Virus record (IMG/VR): IMGVR_UViG_3300030098_007301
Coordinates: 1-64,000 of that record
DNA from: a virus
Length of the DNA stretch: 64,000 nucleotides
Strand: one strand, 5' to 3'
Below are positions 18,813 through 28,651 of this stretch, one piece after another. Both the position numbers and the translations under genes were made by a program. The notes beneath the pieces are model-generated. The model ran no database searches. It saw nothing but the letters and a program-made list of their open reading frames with translations, and had not been told where the DNA came from. How positions within the stretch are numbered: the stretch's first letter is position 1; the number at the start of each line of letters is the position of its first letter.

Positions 18813-19900
18813 TAGTTAATAGTAAGGTTATCTCTAAATTTATTGAAAAGGAATTTAGTTATATCAGGGTTTTTCTCAAGATATTTTACAAAGTTATCTT
18901 TGCCTTGATGCTTCTGCTCCATTTCTATCCCCTGCTCTGACAATTCTTTTATTATGGAATCAGCTACAATTATCCATGCTCCTTTTGATTCAAGCATTTC
19001 CCATTGAGCCATAAAACCATATACTTCATATTCTACCCAAATGCTTTTGCCGCCTACTCTGCCGTATTTGACAGGATAGCGTACTGTTTCACCGGTTCTT
19101 TCATTTGCGGTTTTACGAAAAGTAATTTTACACATATGTCCTTCCGGTTTGTCTGCTTTTGCGGGGATTAAATCGCCACCGAAGCGAGGCTGAAACTCAA
19201 GAATCCAATCAGAATAATGCAATAAAGCATTACCACCAGAAGCATTTGTTAGTTTAGGGTCAGTTTTTTCGTATTGGTTAACGCTGACCTTACTCCTTAC
19301 TTGAGAAATCATAAAACAAATATGACCTTTTGTTGAAAGGCCTAGGGCCATCTTCTTTAAGAAGTTTGAGCTTAAAACCGAGCCGCCAGCGACTTTATCT
19401 GACTCTTCAAAAGACCGATCTAAATCTTTTTTAGGAACCATTGCGTCCATTGAATCAATAATAAAGAAATAACGACAATCCGTTGGGTTGTTCGTTATCA
19501 GTTCACGCATTAATTGTAGCACGCTCTCAAAAATATTACTTTTATAAACAAACCATTTATCCTCAGAAGTGTTAATCCCGGATCTTTCTATCATCTCCGG
19601 AGACAATCTGCCTTCTGATTTGATGTAAACTACCATACTGTTTTCGACAGTATTTTGAAAATTTCTAGCGAATGATAAAGCGCATGAAGTTTTACCTCCT
19701 TCTGAAACGCCGGAAGCTCTAAGAATTCCGGGTCTAATCCCTCCGGACATTTCAGTATCTAACAATAAACTACCGCTAGAAACAATGTAATGAGGTTCGT
19801 TTTCGAAGTTAAAATGCTCATCCTTGTGGGCATCTAGGTAGCTTTTTATTTGATCTTGAGGATTAAATCCTTCAGTTTCCTTCTTCTTTTTTGCCGCCAT
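18812..19900 (-). CDS. recA: RecA/UvsX-like recombinase
   Basis: SSGSLLLD, GVSEGGKT, IIDS, ISQVR, SGGNALLHYS. Confidence 0.85.
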   Translation of the reverse strand: MAAKKKKETEGFNPQDQIKSYLDAHKDEHFNFENEPHYIVSSGSLLLDTEMSGGIRPGILRASGVSEGGKTSCALSFARNFQNTVENSMVVYIKSEGRLSPEMIERSGINTSEDKWFVYKSNIFESVLQLMRELITNNPTDCRYFFIIDSMDAMVPKKDLDRSFEESDKVAGGSVLSSNFLKKMALGLSTKGHICFMISQVRSKVSVNQYEKTDPKLTNASGGNALLHYSDWILEFQPRFGGDLIPAKADKPEGHMCKITFRKTANERTGETVRYPVKYGRVGGKSIWVEYEVYGFMAQWEMLESKGAWIIVADSIIKELSEQGIEMEQKHQGKDNFVKYLEKNPDITKFLFNKFRDNLTIN

Positions 19901-20252
19901 ATTTAATAAAATCTTTAAGGGTTCTTATTTTTCTAGTAATTTTTTTATCTTCGCCGTGCGAAACATCCCCTATATCGTATTGTTTAGGGGGCTTCAAGTC
20001 AAGAGAAAACTTAGCGAACTCTATCTCAAGGTATGTTTTGCCCTGAGGGCCGATAAACCAAGCCAAGCTGTCCATATCAAATTTAAGCGGTAATGCTTTC
20101 CAAAACGCTTTTAATGGATATTTTTTGATAAGATCTTTGGTAAATTTCATCTCCCTCGAGATAAAAACTTTGTTTTTCCAAATCTCTTTTCCTAAAAATT
20201 TATTAATTATGAATTGGTTTAAGGTTTGCTTGCGCTTCCTTTTCGCCGCCAT
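19872..20252 (-). CDS. Hypothetical protein
   Basis: 126 aa ORF heading the recA operon. Confidence 0.65.
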   Translation of the reverse strand: MAAKRKRKQTLNQFIINKFLGKEIWKNKVFISREMKFTKDLIKKYPLKAFWKALPLKFDMDSLAWFIGPQGKTYLEIEFAKFSLDLKPPKQYDIGDVSHGEDKKITRKIRTLKDFIKYGGKKEEGN

Positions 20253-20258
20253 GAAATA

Positions 20259-20287
20259 ATTATGCCGCTCGCGGGGAGAATAATCAA
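20259..20287 (-). promoter_or_regulatory. Sigma70-like promoter, probably leaderless
   Basis: TTGATT-N17-CATAAT, ATG 6 nt downstream. Confidence 0.55.
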
Positions 20288-20297
20288 CCTTAAAATC

Positions 20298-20347
20298 TAG
20301 TATAGGGTTTATAAAACGCTTTTAAGCGTAGGACTTTTAAAATACTA
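20298..20347 (-). ncRNA. Orphan dual-spacer stem-loop unit G
   Basis: TAGTAT-A-gggttta-TAAA-ACGCTT-tt-AAGCGT-A-ggacttt-TAAA-ATACTA, same architecture as units A-F. Confidence 0.75.
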
Positions 20348-20350
20348 AAA

Positions 20351-21379
20351 TTAAATTGATCTGATATCATTCTCCACCATGCGAGTGACTAAATCTTTAA
20401 AAGAATATTCAGGCTTCCAGCCCAACTCTTCTCTGATTGGGTTAGAGTCTCCGTACAAAATATCTACTTCACAAGGGCGATAAAAATCTTCGTTTATAAC
20501 AACGAGCGGATCTTTATCGAGCGAGCATACGTATTTCTCCTCTAAATCTTCTCCTACCCATTGCCCTTCAATGCCTGCTGCGTTAAAGGCTACTTCGATA
20601 AATTCTTTTATCGTATGAGTCTCATTGCTGGATAAAATATATTCTTTTGGGGTTTCTTGATTCAACATCTTCCAAACTCCATCTACAAAATCTTCAGAGT
20701 CAGACCAATCCCGCTTAGAGTTGATATTTCCAAGCGGGATCGGATCAAACTCCTTCCCTTGGTCCATCGCCCGAGAAATCCGAGCAACTCCCTTGGTAAT
20801 TTTTCTAGTAACAAACTCCTCGCCTCTGCGAATACCTTCATGGTTGTATAAGATGCCATGAATGGCAAAGAGTCCATAAGATTCCCGATAGACTTTTACT
20901 AGGTATCTAGAAGCTACTTTTGAAACGCCATAGGGGCTCCGAGGCTTGGGTGGGTGAGCTTTGTCTTGGGGGCTGTAGTCTACATCTCCCATTTCTTCGG
21001 AACTTCCGGCGCTGTAAAATCTACACTTAGGCTGATATCTCCTAATAGCCTCAAGGCAACGAATTGTGCCTACGGCGTTAGTGTCCATTACATGCTCTGG
21101 CATATCCCAACTACAACCCACAAAAGAATTAGCTGCAAAATTTATAAAATAATCGGGTTGTATTTCTTGAACTAATTTAGCTATTGAGAAACTGTCTGTT
21201 AAATCTCCATATACTAATTGAAATCTTTCGTTATTAACAAAATCCTTACAGTTTTCTAAGTTGATGTTAGAAGAACGGCGAGCCATACCAAAAATTAGAT
21301 AATCAGTTTTCTCTAAAAGATAGTCCACCATATTGGAACCATCCTGACCCGTAATACCCGTAATTAAAACTCTAGACAT
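20351..21379 (-). CDS. gmd: GDP-mannose 4,6-dehydratase
   Basis: ITGITGQDGS, PRSPYGVSK, NHEG.RRGEEFVTRKIT, RDW. Confidence 0.95.
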   Translation of the reverse strand: MSRVLITGITGQDGSNMVDYLLEKTDYLIFGMARRSSNINLENCKDFVNNERFQLVYGDLTDSFSIAKLVQEIQPDYFINFAANSFVGCSWDMPEHVMDTNAVGTIRCLEAIRRYQPKCRFYSAGSSEEMGDVDYSPQDKAHPPKPRSPYGVSKVASRYLVKVYRESYGLFAIHGILYNHEGIRRGEEFVTRKITKGVARISRAMDQGKEFDPIPLGNINSKRDWSDSEDFVDGVWKMLNQETPKEYILSSNETHTIKEFIEVAFNAAGIEGQWVGEDLEEKYVCSLDKDPLVVINEDFYRPCEVDILYGDSNPIREELGWKPEYSFKDLVTRMVENDIRSI

Positions 21380-22304
21380 TTTCTTTGTACCAATTATAGG
21401 TTAAATCAAGGCCCTCTTCTAAAGAATATTTATGGCTCCAGCCTAGTTTATTTATACGCGAATTATCTCCTACTCGCCTTAAGACACCGTCAGGCTTATC
21501 CGTCTGAAAAGTTATATCTCCTTGATAATCAACGACTTCCGCAATTTTTTTAGCTAGATTTTCTATAGACCATTCTTCACCAGTGCCTACGTTTAGGTGT
21601 GTAGCCCCATCTCCATAAACATCGTCCGCTGTGACATTCTCAATAGCAAAAGCGCAAGCGTCTGCTAAGTCGTCGACATATTGAAATTCTCTTTTAGCTT
21701 TACCGGTTCCCCATACTTCAACAGAAGGGGCGTTATCCCGCTTGGCTTCGTGAAATCTACGAAGAAGGGCTGGTAAGACATGAGAATTTTCTGGATGAAA
21801 ATTGTCGTTAGGCCCATATTGGTTCGTCGGCATTAAGGAAAAGAAATCGCATCCATATTGACGATAGTAGCTTTGACACATCTTAATCCCAGCTATTTTG
21901 GCTATAGCATAAGGCTCGTTAGTGGGCTCAAGCGGAGAAGTTAACAAGTATTCTTCCTTGATTGGTTGCTCAGCAAATTTAGGATAAATACATATACTGC
22001 CTAGGAAAATTAATTTTTTTACGCCATGCTTGAAGCAGCTATTAATTAAATTAGCTTGGATTTGTAAATTTTGATAAATAAAATCAGCAGGATATACATT
22101 ATTTGCGTGGATACCGCCAACTTTTGCAGCCGCATCAATAACTACGTCAGGTTTATTTGCTTCGAAAAACAAATCAGTAGCCATTTGATCCAAAAGATCC
22201 AAGCGGTCTCTGCCCACGCAAAGAAGAGAAACATCCTCTTTTTCTAATCTTCTCCTGATGGCTGAGCCAACAAGTCCGTTATGTCCTGCTATAAATATTT
22301 TCAT
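21372..22304 (-). CDS. fcl: GDP-L-fucose synthase
   Basis: AGHNGLVGSA, AAKVGGIHAN, LEPTNEPYAIAKIAG, SHVLPAL. Confidence 0.95.
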   Translation of the reverse strand: MKIFIAGHNGLVGSAIRRRLEKEDVSLLCVGRDRLDLLDQMATDLFFEANKPDVVIDAAAKVGGIHANNVYPADFIYQNLQIQANLINSCFKHGVKKLIFLGSICIYPKFAEQPIKEEYLLTSPLEPTNEPYAIAKIAGIKMCQSYYRQYGCDFFSLMPTNQYGPNDNFHPENSHVLPALLRRFHEAKRDNAPSVEVWGTGKAKREFQYVDDLADACAFAIENVTADDVYGDGATHLNVGTGEEWSIENLAKKIAEVVDYQGDITFQTDKPDGVLRRVGDNSRINKLGWSHKYSLEEGLDLTYNWYKENV

Positions 22305-23145
22305 TTAACCAATCTAGTACTTTAACTGAAGGGGTCCAGTCTAAAAGATCTTTCGCTTTTTTATTATCGCTCAAACTTTGAGAAGGCTCTAATCTTTTTG
22401 GCAGAAAGTCTATCGGGGATTTAAATATGTTTGCTATTTCTTTTACTGTGGTGCTAGCGCCAGTTCCGATATTGATGCATTCCCCTCCTCCAACGTCAAT
22501 GCTTTCGGCGGCGGCCAGATTTGCTTTGGCTACATCTTTAACGTATACAAAATCTCTAGATTGGTTCCCGTTTCCATAAATAGTTAAAGGTTTTTTGTTT
22601 TTCAGCTTCTCCTTAAAAGATCCTATGACACTGCAATAAGAACCTTTAGTGGGCATCCTTTCTCCAAAAACATTAAAATATCTTAAACTAACCGTTTCAA
22701 TATCATATATATCCGCATACAGCTTACAATACTGTTCTCCCATAAGCTTTTGCAGTCCATAGGGACTCATGGGGTTAGGGTCACTGTCTTCTGAAGTGGG
22801 GGTAAAATAAGGATTTCCATATACCGCAGAAGTTGAACTGAATATAAAACGTTTTACCCCTGCGTCCCTGCTAAGCGTCAACATGTTAACAATGCCATTA
22901 ACATTATTGTAGTTATAGCACAAAGGATTCTCTATGGACCTAGGTACTGAAGTTTCCGCCGCTAAGTGAAAAACGTAATCTGCTCCTTGAATTAAATCTA
23001 GTATTTTGTTATTATTTTTACAATCAGCTATATCAATGAAAGACGGACTCTCTCTGTCAAGTATAACTACGTCTCCTTTGTTTTTTAATAATTCAACTAA
23101 GTGAGAACCTATAAATCCGCTTCCTCCTGTGACTACATATTTCAT
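22279..23145 (-). CDS. NAD-dependent nucleotide-sugar epimerase (GalE/WbpP-like)
   Basis: TGGSGFIGS, SPYGLQK, LRYFNVFG, RDFVYV. Confidence 0.9.
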   Translation of the reverse strand: MKYVVTGGSGFIGSHLVELLKNKGDVVILDRESPSFIDIADCKNNNKILDLIQGADYVFHLAAETSVPRSIENPLCYNYNNVNGIVNMLTLSRDAGVKRFIFSSTSAVYGNPYFTPTSEDSDPNPMSPYGLQKLMGEQYCKLYADIYDIETVSLRYFNVFGERMPTKGSYCSVIGSFKEKLKNKKPLTIYGNGNQSRDFVYVKDVAKANLAAAESIDVGGGECINIGTGASTTVKEIANIFKSPIDFLPKRLEPSQSLSDNKKAKDLLDWTPSVKVLDWLNENIYSRT

Positions 23146-23975
23146 TTAAATAAATCTAAAACTTGCTCAAGTCTTTTTTTGTAGGTGTGTTTTTTAGATA
23201 ACTCATAGCCAGCATCAGCGATCTTTTTTATTTCTTCTGGATTATCTTTTAAGTAATTATACTTATTAATAATATCATCCATAGAGTGATAAAAAACACA
23301 ATTCTCAAAATCTTTAAAGCCTAGTTTTTCGTACTGCTTATTGTAATTGGTCATCAGCATTGTGCCGCACCCTATAGTTTCAAAGCTTCTATAATTTATA
23401 TCGTTAGCGATGTTGGCGTTGAAATGTATATGGTAACTATTAATAGCTTCTACCATATCATCTCCTATGACAAATATATCCGTATGAAGGTTTATTTCTT
23501 TTTGGAGGGCGTCCAATAGGGGTTTTCTATTTACGTAGTTCCCGCAAAATCCAATTAAATGTTTTTTGGGGGAGTCTATTTTTTTTATTAATTCATCGTC
23601 AAAAGAATTAGGAACCCATACTTTAAAATCTTCATTACAAAAATCTTCCGTGGCGTGAAACATTAAATCATAATCACCTCTGTTAAATTCATTTAAATAT
23701 CCCTGTTCTCCAGCGCAATGAGCGTCTATTACCCATAATATTTTCTTAGCTTTAGAGGGTGATAAGTCGGGAACCCACCCTGTATTATAGTTTTCTATAT
23801 TAATAATGCAATCGTAGGAACTGAAATGCATGCTTTCATTGTTCTCTACATGCCCTTTGCCCCATACGTCTGATTGTATTCCTAAAGAAGCTAAGCCTCG
23901 TTGAATACAAAGACACTCTCTGAAACTTTTATTTTTTTCGTTTCGGCTGGCTTCTTGAATGATTAATAATTTCAT
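23142..23975 (-). CDS. Glycosyltransferase (CgeB/Glyco_trans_1_2-like)
   Basis: NYRSFETIGCG..., IADAGYE..KHTY. Confidence 0.7.
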   Translation of the reverse strand: MKLLIIQEASRNEKNKSFRECLCIQRGLASLGIQSDVWGKGHVENNESMHFSSYDCIINIENYNTGWVPDLSPSKAKKILWVIDAHCAGEQGYLNEFNRGDYDLMFHATEDFCNEDFKVWVPNSFDDELIKKIDSPKKHLIGFCGNYVNRKPLLDALQKEINLHTDIFVIGDDMVEAINSYHIHFNANIANDINYRSFETIGCGTMLMTNYNKQYEKLGFKDFENCVFYHSMDDIINKYNYLKDNPEEIKKIADAGYELSKKHTYKKRLEQVLDLFK

Positions 23976-23988
23976 GTATAAGCATGCC

Positions 23989-24762
23989 TTACTTGCTTAA
24001 AAGATGTTTATGGTTGGTGCTTATTTGCCAAAACTGATCTATTATATAGTTTATAAGGCCGCTATGGGCGCTGTATGGCCTAGGGCAATGAATATCCACG
24101 TAATGATTATTTCCGACTAAGTCAGGGTCGTAGCTGCATTCAGTCGACCTGCATATTTTTCTCTCGAAAGGCCTGTTAAAGCCTTGGAACTGCTCTATAT
24201 AGTTATTTTTTTTGATTAAGTCTGCGGTGTACCATTCTTCGTAAGCCCATATAGGTTTATTTTCTGATTTAGCCGTTTCTACCATCGTATCAACATGTTC
24301 GGTTAAGGTTTTTTCGCTTAGGTTTAAAGCTTCAGAAAAAACTTTACCTTTAGCTACGTGATAGTGGCCAACTAATCTTTCCCTTGAGAATCTCCAATCT
24401 AAAGTAAATGCGTCTTCAGCTAAGTGAACGTAATAGTCGTCGGGAACATCTTTTACTTGATCTATAAAATGAAATTTTTGAAGTGGTATTTGATCGATAT
24501 CTCCTATAAGCCAAGTGGTTTCTGGTTCCCTTGATGTATATTGCCACTTGTTCCAGACTAATTGAGGTATTTGGTTTTCTGGACTTTCAAATTCGCACTC
24601 TATTACAGTGCCATATTTTTCGCTTAAGTTATAATCTGACTTTTTGCCATAAAAAAGCAAAACGCACTCAACCCCAAGTAATTGATTGTGAACCATGGAG
24701 TTTACATTCCAAAAATCACTGTACTCGGGGGAGGATGCCCATAGAACTTTATCTACTTTCAT
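23989..24762 (-). CDS. Hypothetical GT-A-like protein
   Basis: IGDIDQIPL DxD motif, DIHCPRPY; lies within the sugar island. Confidence 0.5.
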   Translation of the reverse strand: MKVDKVLWASSPEYSDFWNVNSMVHNQLLGVECVLLFYGKKSDYNLSEKYGTVIECEFESPENQIPQLVWNKWQYTSREPETTWLIGDIDQIPLQKFHFIDQVKDVPDDYYVHLAEDAFTLDWRFSRERLVGHYHVAKGKVFSEALNLSEKTLTEHVDTMVETAKSENKPIWAYEEWYTADLIKKNNYIEQFQGFNRPFERKICRSTECSYDPDLVGNNHYVDIHCPRPYSAHSGLINYIIDQFWQISTNHKHLLSK

Positions 24763-25252
24763 TTTTTAAAATATTTACATAGTCTGAGCATATCCCCCAT
24801 ATAGATCTTTTAGGTAGGTTTTCTTTAATGTCTTCTTTGGATAATAGAGGTATAATGCTTTTAGAGTTGAGTTCTTTTAAGTCGTGAGCCCAAATAATCC
24901 CATCAATAATAATACCATGAGAGTTTCTGCAATTATAAACTAAAGTGTATCTTTCTTGTTCGTGAAAAAATACAGCCAGCTCTGAGTCGCGATTTAAATG
25001 TTGATAGGTGAAGTTAGAGAACGCTTTGAAATTTTTAGCGTGAATTACTATTTTATCTCTTCTTTCTTGTAGCCAATTAAACTCTATTTCTAAATCTGGG
25101 CCGTCATGCCCTAAGAAATATTTTTTATCTTGCGCCCAAACATCAACTTCTACAGAGAATCCTGCATTTATAGCTTTATCTATGTAGTCTGGTTTATTTT
25201 CTAGCTCAGGCTGCGGGCCATTTAAGTTTCCTCGGTGTGAATATAAAATCAT
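24749..25252 (-). CDS. GDPD/PLC-like phosphodiesterase-family protein
   Basis: SHRGN, EN, VEVDVW, LGHD, HAKN, GICSDY. Confidence 0.75.
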   Translation of the reverse strand: MILYSHRGNLNGPQPELENKPDYIDKAINAGFSVEVDVWAQDKKYFLGHDGPDLEIEFNWLQERRDKIVIHAKNFKAFSNFTYQHLNRDSELAVFFHEQERYTLVYNCRNSHGIIIDGIIWAHDLKELNSKSIIPLLSKEDIKENLPKRSIWGICSDYVNILKNESR

Positions 25253-25256
25253 GATA

Positions 25257-26075
25257 TTATAATTTATGGTAAGACTTCCAGTAACGGTAACAATTTATCA
25301 AATCTTCTTCGTTGGCGATTTGCCCTTTGGTTAAAATGTTAGCCCATGCTTCAAAATTTTTAACTTCTTCAGGTGTTCCCATGACTGTGGCAAATGGAGT
25401 GTCGTAGTAGCCAACTTTTAAGCCGTCTTTAATCAAAAGATTATATACTAAGGTCACATAAAATTCTCCTGCATAATTAATATTTTTTTCTACAGCTAAG
25501 TCAAAATATTTTTTTACGTATTTGCCTTTGCTAAAATAATAGGTTCCGGTTGAGGCGTGTTCTTCCATGGGGCTGTCTGTGTAACATTCTTTTTCTTTGA
25601 TTTCGTCGACTAGCCCGCCTCTTTCTTTAATGAAAGCCATTTTTGTGTTATTTAGGGTATGCGGATGAAAACCTATATGAGAAAGAATACATCCATCCAG
25701 ATTATTGGTTTTTACGTGTTTATTGAAATCTTCTCTGTCCCATATGTAGGGATTGTCGCAGTAAGAAACAATTACTTCTTCTTCGTCCTCTATGAATTCG
25801 TAAGCTTCTTTTGTTGTGTGTACCGGCCCTAATTTATGATTAGGCATACCGAGCACTTTTGAATTTGGCGCTAAACCTTTTAAAATATCTTTTATGTCAG
25901 TCTCCTGCAAGTGTTTATTATTGCAAATAAAAATTATGTCGTCCTGATTATCGAACATATCTAAAATATACTCTATAATCATCTTGCCGTTAACTTTGAT
26001 AAGGGGTTTAGGAGATTCGTAACCAGCGTTGATAAATCTATCACCATACCCCGCCATTGGGATAACAATTTTCAT
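25257..26075 (-). CDS. Sugar-phosphate nucleotidyltransferase
   Basis: IPMAGYGDRF, PKPLI, YCD, EIKEK, GEFYV, GTPE. Confidence 0.85.
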   Translation of the reverse strand: MKIVIPMAGYGDRFINAGYESPKPLIKVNGKMIIEYILDMFDNQDDIIFICNNKHLQETDIKDILKGLAPNSKVLGMPNHKLGPVHTTKEAYEFIEDEEEVIVSYCDNPYIWDREDFNKHVKTNNLDGCILSHIGFHPHTLNNTKMAFIKERGGLVDEIKEKECYTDSPMEEHASTGTYYFSKGKYVKKYFDLAVEKNINYAGEFYVTLVYNLLIKDGLKVGYYDTPFATVMGTPEEVKNFEAWANILTKGQIANEEDLINCYRYWKSYHKL

Positions 26076-26725
26076 ACTATTAAGCTTCTTAGATTATAAT
26101 TAAAAGCCTCTTTTTCATCAAAAGATTCTCCAACATATTCTTTATTTAATCTAACCGTGGGAAAAGGTTTTTTTTCGAAAAATTCATCATGGGCAAACGA
26201 CCTGTCTCTAATTAAAGGATAAATTTTTTCTTTTAAAAAGTTTTGGTCTACCTGCCAAAAATCGCCTTTTTGGTAATCATTTATAAGGCCTGCAATTCCA
26301 TGTAAAATTCCATTTCTGCATCCCCACATGCCTCCTAATATTTCCGTAGCGTGATACGGATGGTCGCGCATTATGTGAAAATCTTTATCACTATTTAGCC
26401 ATTCATCTACAGCAGCTTTTTCTCTTTTGTTTAGCCTACTATCGGTATCTCGAGATAATACGATGTCACTAAGATGGTCGGCGGCTAGAAACCTCCAAAA
26501 CATGCCAGTCCAATCTCCTTTTTCATTCATGTTTATTATTTCAGAATTAGAAAATTCTTGGAGTTCTTCAGATATATCTAAAGGGACACTTTCCCCCAGA
26601 TAAAATCTACAAATCCATCCGGGGTAGATAGACAAGGCGAGCTCCGCGTTCCTTAAAGCCCCAATTGTGTATTTTTTATCATCTCCCCATAAAGAAAAAG
26701 AAATTATTTTACGAGGAGAGGTCAT
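26072..26725 (-). CDS. Conserved glycosyltransferase-like protein
   Basis: ISFSLWG, MFWRF, SRDTDSR, MRDHPYH, GGMWG, DQNFL. Confidence 0.6.
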   Translation of the reverse strand: MTSPRKIISFSLWGDDKKYTIGALRNAELALSIYPGWICRFYLGESVPLDISEELQEFSNSEIINMNEKGDWTGMFWRFLAADHLSDIVLSRDTDSRLNKREKAAVDEWLNSDKDFHIMRDHPYHATEILGGMWGCRNGILHGIAGLINDYQKGDFWQVDQNFLKEKIYPLIRDRSFAHDEFFEKKPFPTVRLNKEYVGESFDEKEAFNYNLRSLIV

Positions 26726-27446
26726 TTCGTTTGATAAAAGACTCCCTTATCTCAAGTTCTTCTTTTACTTTTTTGTCGTTCGTTTCTGGGCTGGTTGACA
26801 TGCCATTAGGGTTTAAATAGTACAAGCCTAAAGGGGTATTAATTTTGCCAAACTTAGCTCCATTTTCTAAAAACCTAAGCCACATGTCAAGGTCTCCTGC
26901 TGATTTGTATTTTCTACTAAAATAGCCGCTTTTATTGTGCAGTGATTTTCTCCAGAGTGGATTATTATGAGGCGCTCCTCTGTGGAGTATGGCTTCTAGT
27001 GATGCTTGTTCCGGGGAAGGGTAAACTCCTAAAGCGGTATTATTTGCAAAAGTCTCATTGGGTTTTTCTGTTAATAAAATATCGGCGTATACAACATCTG
27101 CTCCTTTATTGTTTTCTAGAGCATGTAGATGTATTTCTAGTGACTTTTCATGTTTCCTGTCGTCTACATTAGCGTTAGTTATAAATTCTCCTCGCGACAT
27201 TTCTATTGCGATGTTCCAGCACTCGTAAATTCCGGGGTCTTCGTCAAGTCTTGCATAAACTATATTGGGGTGGTCTTTTTGATATTCCAATATAATATCT
27301 TTTTCATTATCGGGAGAGTTAGCGTCTATTATAATAAGCTCACACTTATCTTTAAAAATAGTCTGATTAACTATATCCTCAAGGAAGCCTTTTATATATT
27401 CGCCGCCTTTATACAGGGATGTAATTATGGAGATTTTAGGATTCAT
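26709..27446 (-). CDS. Family 2 glycosyltransferase
   Basis: ISIITSLY, IIDANS, NANVDD, AGDLDMWLR. Confidence 0.85.
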   Translation of the reverse strand: MNPKISIITSLYKGGEYIKGFLEDIVNQTIFKDKCELIIIDANSPDNEKDIILEYQKDHPNIVYARLDEDPGIYECWNIAIEMSRGEFITNANVDDRKHEKSLEIHLHALENNKGADVVYADILLTEKPNETFANNTALGVYPSPEQASLEAILHRGAPHNNPLWRKSLHNKSGYFSRKYKSAGDLDMWLRFLENGAKFGKINTPLGLYYLNPNGMSTSPETNDKKVKEELEIRESFIKRNDLSS

Positions 27447-28293
27447 CTTTTATTAAAGTTCTAAAAAAAGCTGAGAAGTCTTCTCTTTTTCTTCTCATAT
27501 AATTTATAAGTTCTTTTGCGGTTAAGTTGTACCATGGCTCATAGGATGCGCCAATTAACTCATTAGTAAAAACTTTTAACCCCATCATTTTCGCCTCTAA
27601 CACTAGCCTGCAAAAAGTTTCAGGGGTGGAAGGATGAAAAGCTAATGAAGAATACATGGATAAAAATTTTAGAAAAGACTTATAATCGGGGTCTTTTATA
27701 GTATCAAAGGGTATATCATTTTGCCTGCAATATTCTTGGGACTGTTGTGTTCCTTTTTGGGGGTAAGGCGAATCTATTACGGCGCATTTATCTAAAGCTC
27801 TACCGTTATCAAGAAGCTCCTCTAATAAATTCAAATGGTCCTCTGACCATAGATTGCCAGAAAAATTTACCGTCTTTAGGGGACGGTGTAAGTTTTTATC
27901 GTATATATCTTTTTGAAATTTAGTTTGGCATACTATTTTATGCGCATCCCAGTGAAAATTGACGTTGATTAAGTTCTGAGGAGGAACAATAAAATTAGGA
28001 TAAACCGCGGGATTCGTATGCCCAACAAATTTATAGTCGTGGCAATAGAGTATGTACTTGCAATTTGATTGGATAAAATCTCTAATCTCTTGACTTATTC
28101 CAAAAAAATTAGAAATAATAAAAGTAGAATTTACATGTTCTTGAACAAAACCTTGATAGAGATATCTACTTTTTATTTTTTTTACGTCATAATTTTTACT
28201 TAGTGATTTGTAAATTTCTTCGTCGTTTAAAGCCGCTCCGCCAACGAAGTCATCAATAAAAAAATCACTAATTATTACAACGGAATCACTCAA
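27436..28293 (-). CDS. GT-B glycosyltransferase-like protein
   Basis: GGAAL, HDY, ETFCRLVLEAKMMG. Confidence 0.65.
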   Translation of the reverse strand: MSDSVVIISDFFIDDFVGGAALNDEEIYKSLSKNYDVKKIKSRYLYQGFVQEHVNSTFIISNFFGISQEIRDFIQSNCKYILYCHDYKFVGHTNPAVYPNFIVPPQNLINVNFHWDAHKIVCQTKFQKDIYDKNLHRPLKTVNFSGNLWSEDHLNLLEELLDNGRALDKCAVIDSPYPQKGTQQSQEYCRQNDIPFDTIKDPDYKSFLKFLSMYSSLAFHPSTPETFCRLVLEAKMMGLKVFTNELIGASYEPWYNLTAKELINYMRRKREDFSAFFRTLIKDES

Positions 28294-28651
28294 TGGAAAA
28301 ATGCTTGGATTGTTTTACGCGAGAAGGGTCGTCTTTGTGTTTGGCGCCGTTTCTTTTATCGGAATATTCCTGATAATATTTTTTCTTCACTGGGTCTTCC
28401 CCGTGTCTGGCCGCTCTTTTTTCAGAGGCCTCTGCGGATTGATCCCATAAATCCCCAACGGTTCCTTTAGCTTTTTCTCTAAAATCTTTAGCTGAATGAG
28501 GGTCAATCTTAGTGTCAATCGAGGCATTGGGGATTGTGTATACTCTATCGTACTGAACACCATCTATAATATAAACATGTTCTTCATGCACACTTTGAAA
28601 AACAGTGACCTGTTCTCCTGTGTCAGGGTGTTCGTAAATGTACTCAGGCAT
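28286..28651 (-). CDS. FmdB-like small protein (Cys-less zinc-ribbon-like N-terminus)
   Basis: MPEYIYEHPDTGE resembles the FmdB MPxYxYxC motif. Confidence 0.5.
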   Translation of the reverse strand: MPEYIYEHPDTGEQVTVFQSVHEEHVYIIDGVQYDRVYTIPNASIDTKIDPHSAKDFREKAKGTVGDLWDQSAEASEKRAARHGEDPVKKKYYQEYSDKRNGAKHKDDPSRVKQSKHFSIE

